A stretch of 64,000 nucleotides of DNA from an uncultured delta proteobacterium (GTDB lineage Bacteria; Desulfobacterota; Desulfomonilia; Desulfomonilales; Desulfomonilaceae): the NCBI GenBank assembly GCA_963789265.1, contig CAWBKB010000005.1, positions 672,001 through 736,000 on the forward strand. The letters run 5' to 3'. Made by a program: the position numbers and the translations under genes. The notes beneath the pieces are model-generated. The model had not been told where the DNA came from and searched no databases. It saw nothing but the letters and a program-made list of their open reading frames with translations. Shown piece by piece: positions 63,004 to 64,000 of the stretch. How positions within the stretch are numbered: position 1 is the first letter of the stretch; every line of letters begins with the position of its first letter.

Positions 63004-64000
63004 TTATCCGACTATAGGATCCATTGTTATCGCGGGGTGTTCTTTCTCCTGCAGGAAGGGCAGAATCTCATCTTCGGTGACCCCTATGGTCTCATCTGCG
63101 ATCCTGTCGGTGAGGTTTTCGACACCGCGTTCTTGACCGCGAGCATCGATCTTATCACGCAGCATCTCCTTGAGCGCCTTAGGCAACCACACGAGCCGCA
63201 AGATCCCGCCTTCGGCAGAGATGAACTTTGCGGAACCGATGTAAAACTTGCTATGACCCACGAAGCCGGGCGTTATGTTACCGCCACCGGCGCTGCCCGC
63301 CAGAGTGGTGAACTTCATGCCGCAGGGTGTCGGGCCCTTGTCGTCGCGGTCCACACTCATGACGCCATTGGCAACAGGCAATACGGCTGCGATACATTCG
63401 AAGCAACCGCATGAGGTCATGGGATCTTCCATGATCGAATAGGCATTGTACTTTTGCACTTTGCCGCGGGAAGCCTGCTGTACGAATGCATTGACGCCCT
63501 CCCACTGGCCGAGGCGCTCGTCAATGACGTTACCCTTTTCGATGGGCTGATTAGGGCCGGTTGGATTTATTTCATTGGAAGCCTTGCAGTCCAGCCAATT
63601 GTACGCGCCGCAAAGTCCCGTACGCTCGGGTGTGACGACACAAACGTGAGACGGGGCGAAGCTCTGGCAAAGCGTGCAAGAATAGAAGATGGCCTCATCC
63701 TCATCAGTCATGCCCTCTACACGAGCATCTCTGACCTTATATGTATCCCTGGCTGTCGCGAGGAGTTTTTCAACATCCTTCTGCTCGGTGAAAATCGTTA
63801 CCTGGACTTTGTCAAGGACGGCTCCGAAATCCTGGTGGTACTTGGCATGAAGTATAGAGCCTATATGCTTTAGACTGAAGCCTTTATCGACCGAGCCCTT
63901 GCCGACACGTACCCAGGCTATATCCCTCTGCCCTATGTGCATAAGACCCTGGGCATAGTTGATAAGGTGGTGGATCTGGCGCTCAAGAATGGGCTCGAAG
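63004..64000 (-). CDS. acsB: Acetyl-CoA synthase, 3' part (runs off the window edge)
   Basis: FEPILERQIH, YSCTLCQSFAP, GLCGA and PMTSCGCFE A-cluster ligands. Confidence 0.97.
   Translation of the reverse strand, partial: FEPILERQIHHLINYAQGLMHIGQRDIAWVRVGKGSVDKGFSLKHIGSILHAKYHQDFGAVLDKVQVTIFTEQKDVEKLLATARDTYKVRDARVEGMTDEDEAIFYSCTLCQSFAPSHVCVVTPERTGLCGAYNWLDCKASNEINPTGPNQPIEKGNVIDERLGQWEGVNAFVQQASRGKVQKYNAYSIMEDPMTSCGCFECIAAVLPVANGVMSVDRDDKGPTPCGMKFTTLAGSAGGGNITPGFVGHSKFYIGSAKFISAEGGILRLVWLPKALKEMLRDKIDARGQERGVENLTDRIADETIGVTEDEILPFLQEKEHPAITMDPIVG

Noticed and set aside
1..64000. CRISPR array or cas genes
   Set aside because: No regularly spaced short direct repeats with unique spacers and no Cas-like ORF seen

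Overview
Chromosomal window from an anaerobic Desulfobacterota-type bacterium (Desulfomonile-like; inferred from gene content, not from a search). Core genes include a stand-alone EF-G paralogue, dCMP deaminase, ptsH-ptsI-smpB-ssrA, a Ni/Co ECF transporter (cbiM/L/Q/O plus DUF4198), a sigma54 two-component system, cstA, two CBS-ACT (AcuB-like) paralogues, tRNA-Ile2, glgB, tig-clpP-clpX-lon, lptG, and the end of a Wood-Ljungdahl cluster (acsB-acsC-acsE). One IS1380-family element and many nested REP/MITE-like palindromes are also present. The most unusual region is 5.5-13.5 kb. There, the tmRNA gene is followed by three more copies of its 3' end (about 95, 31 and 265 nt). These delimit three integrase-free islets carrying HicB with a dead HicA, a DUF4331 gene, and Phd with a truncated ParE plus an EamA transporter. 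Two ~110-bp terminal-inverted-repeat elements sit at two truncation points. Next to this, a Cys-rich outer-membrane barrel gene has its RBS/start-codon hairpin copied both upstream and downstream. At least six genes carry single-base frameshifts, most simply explained by long-read consensus errors.
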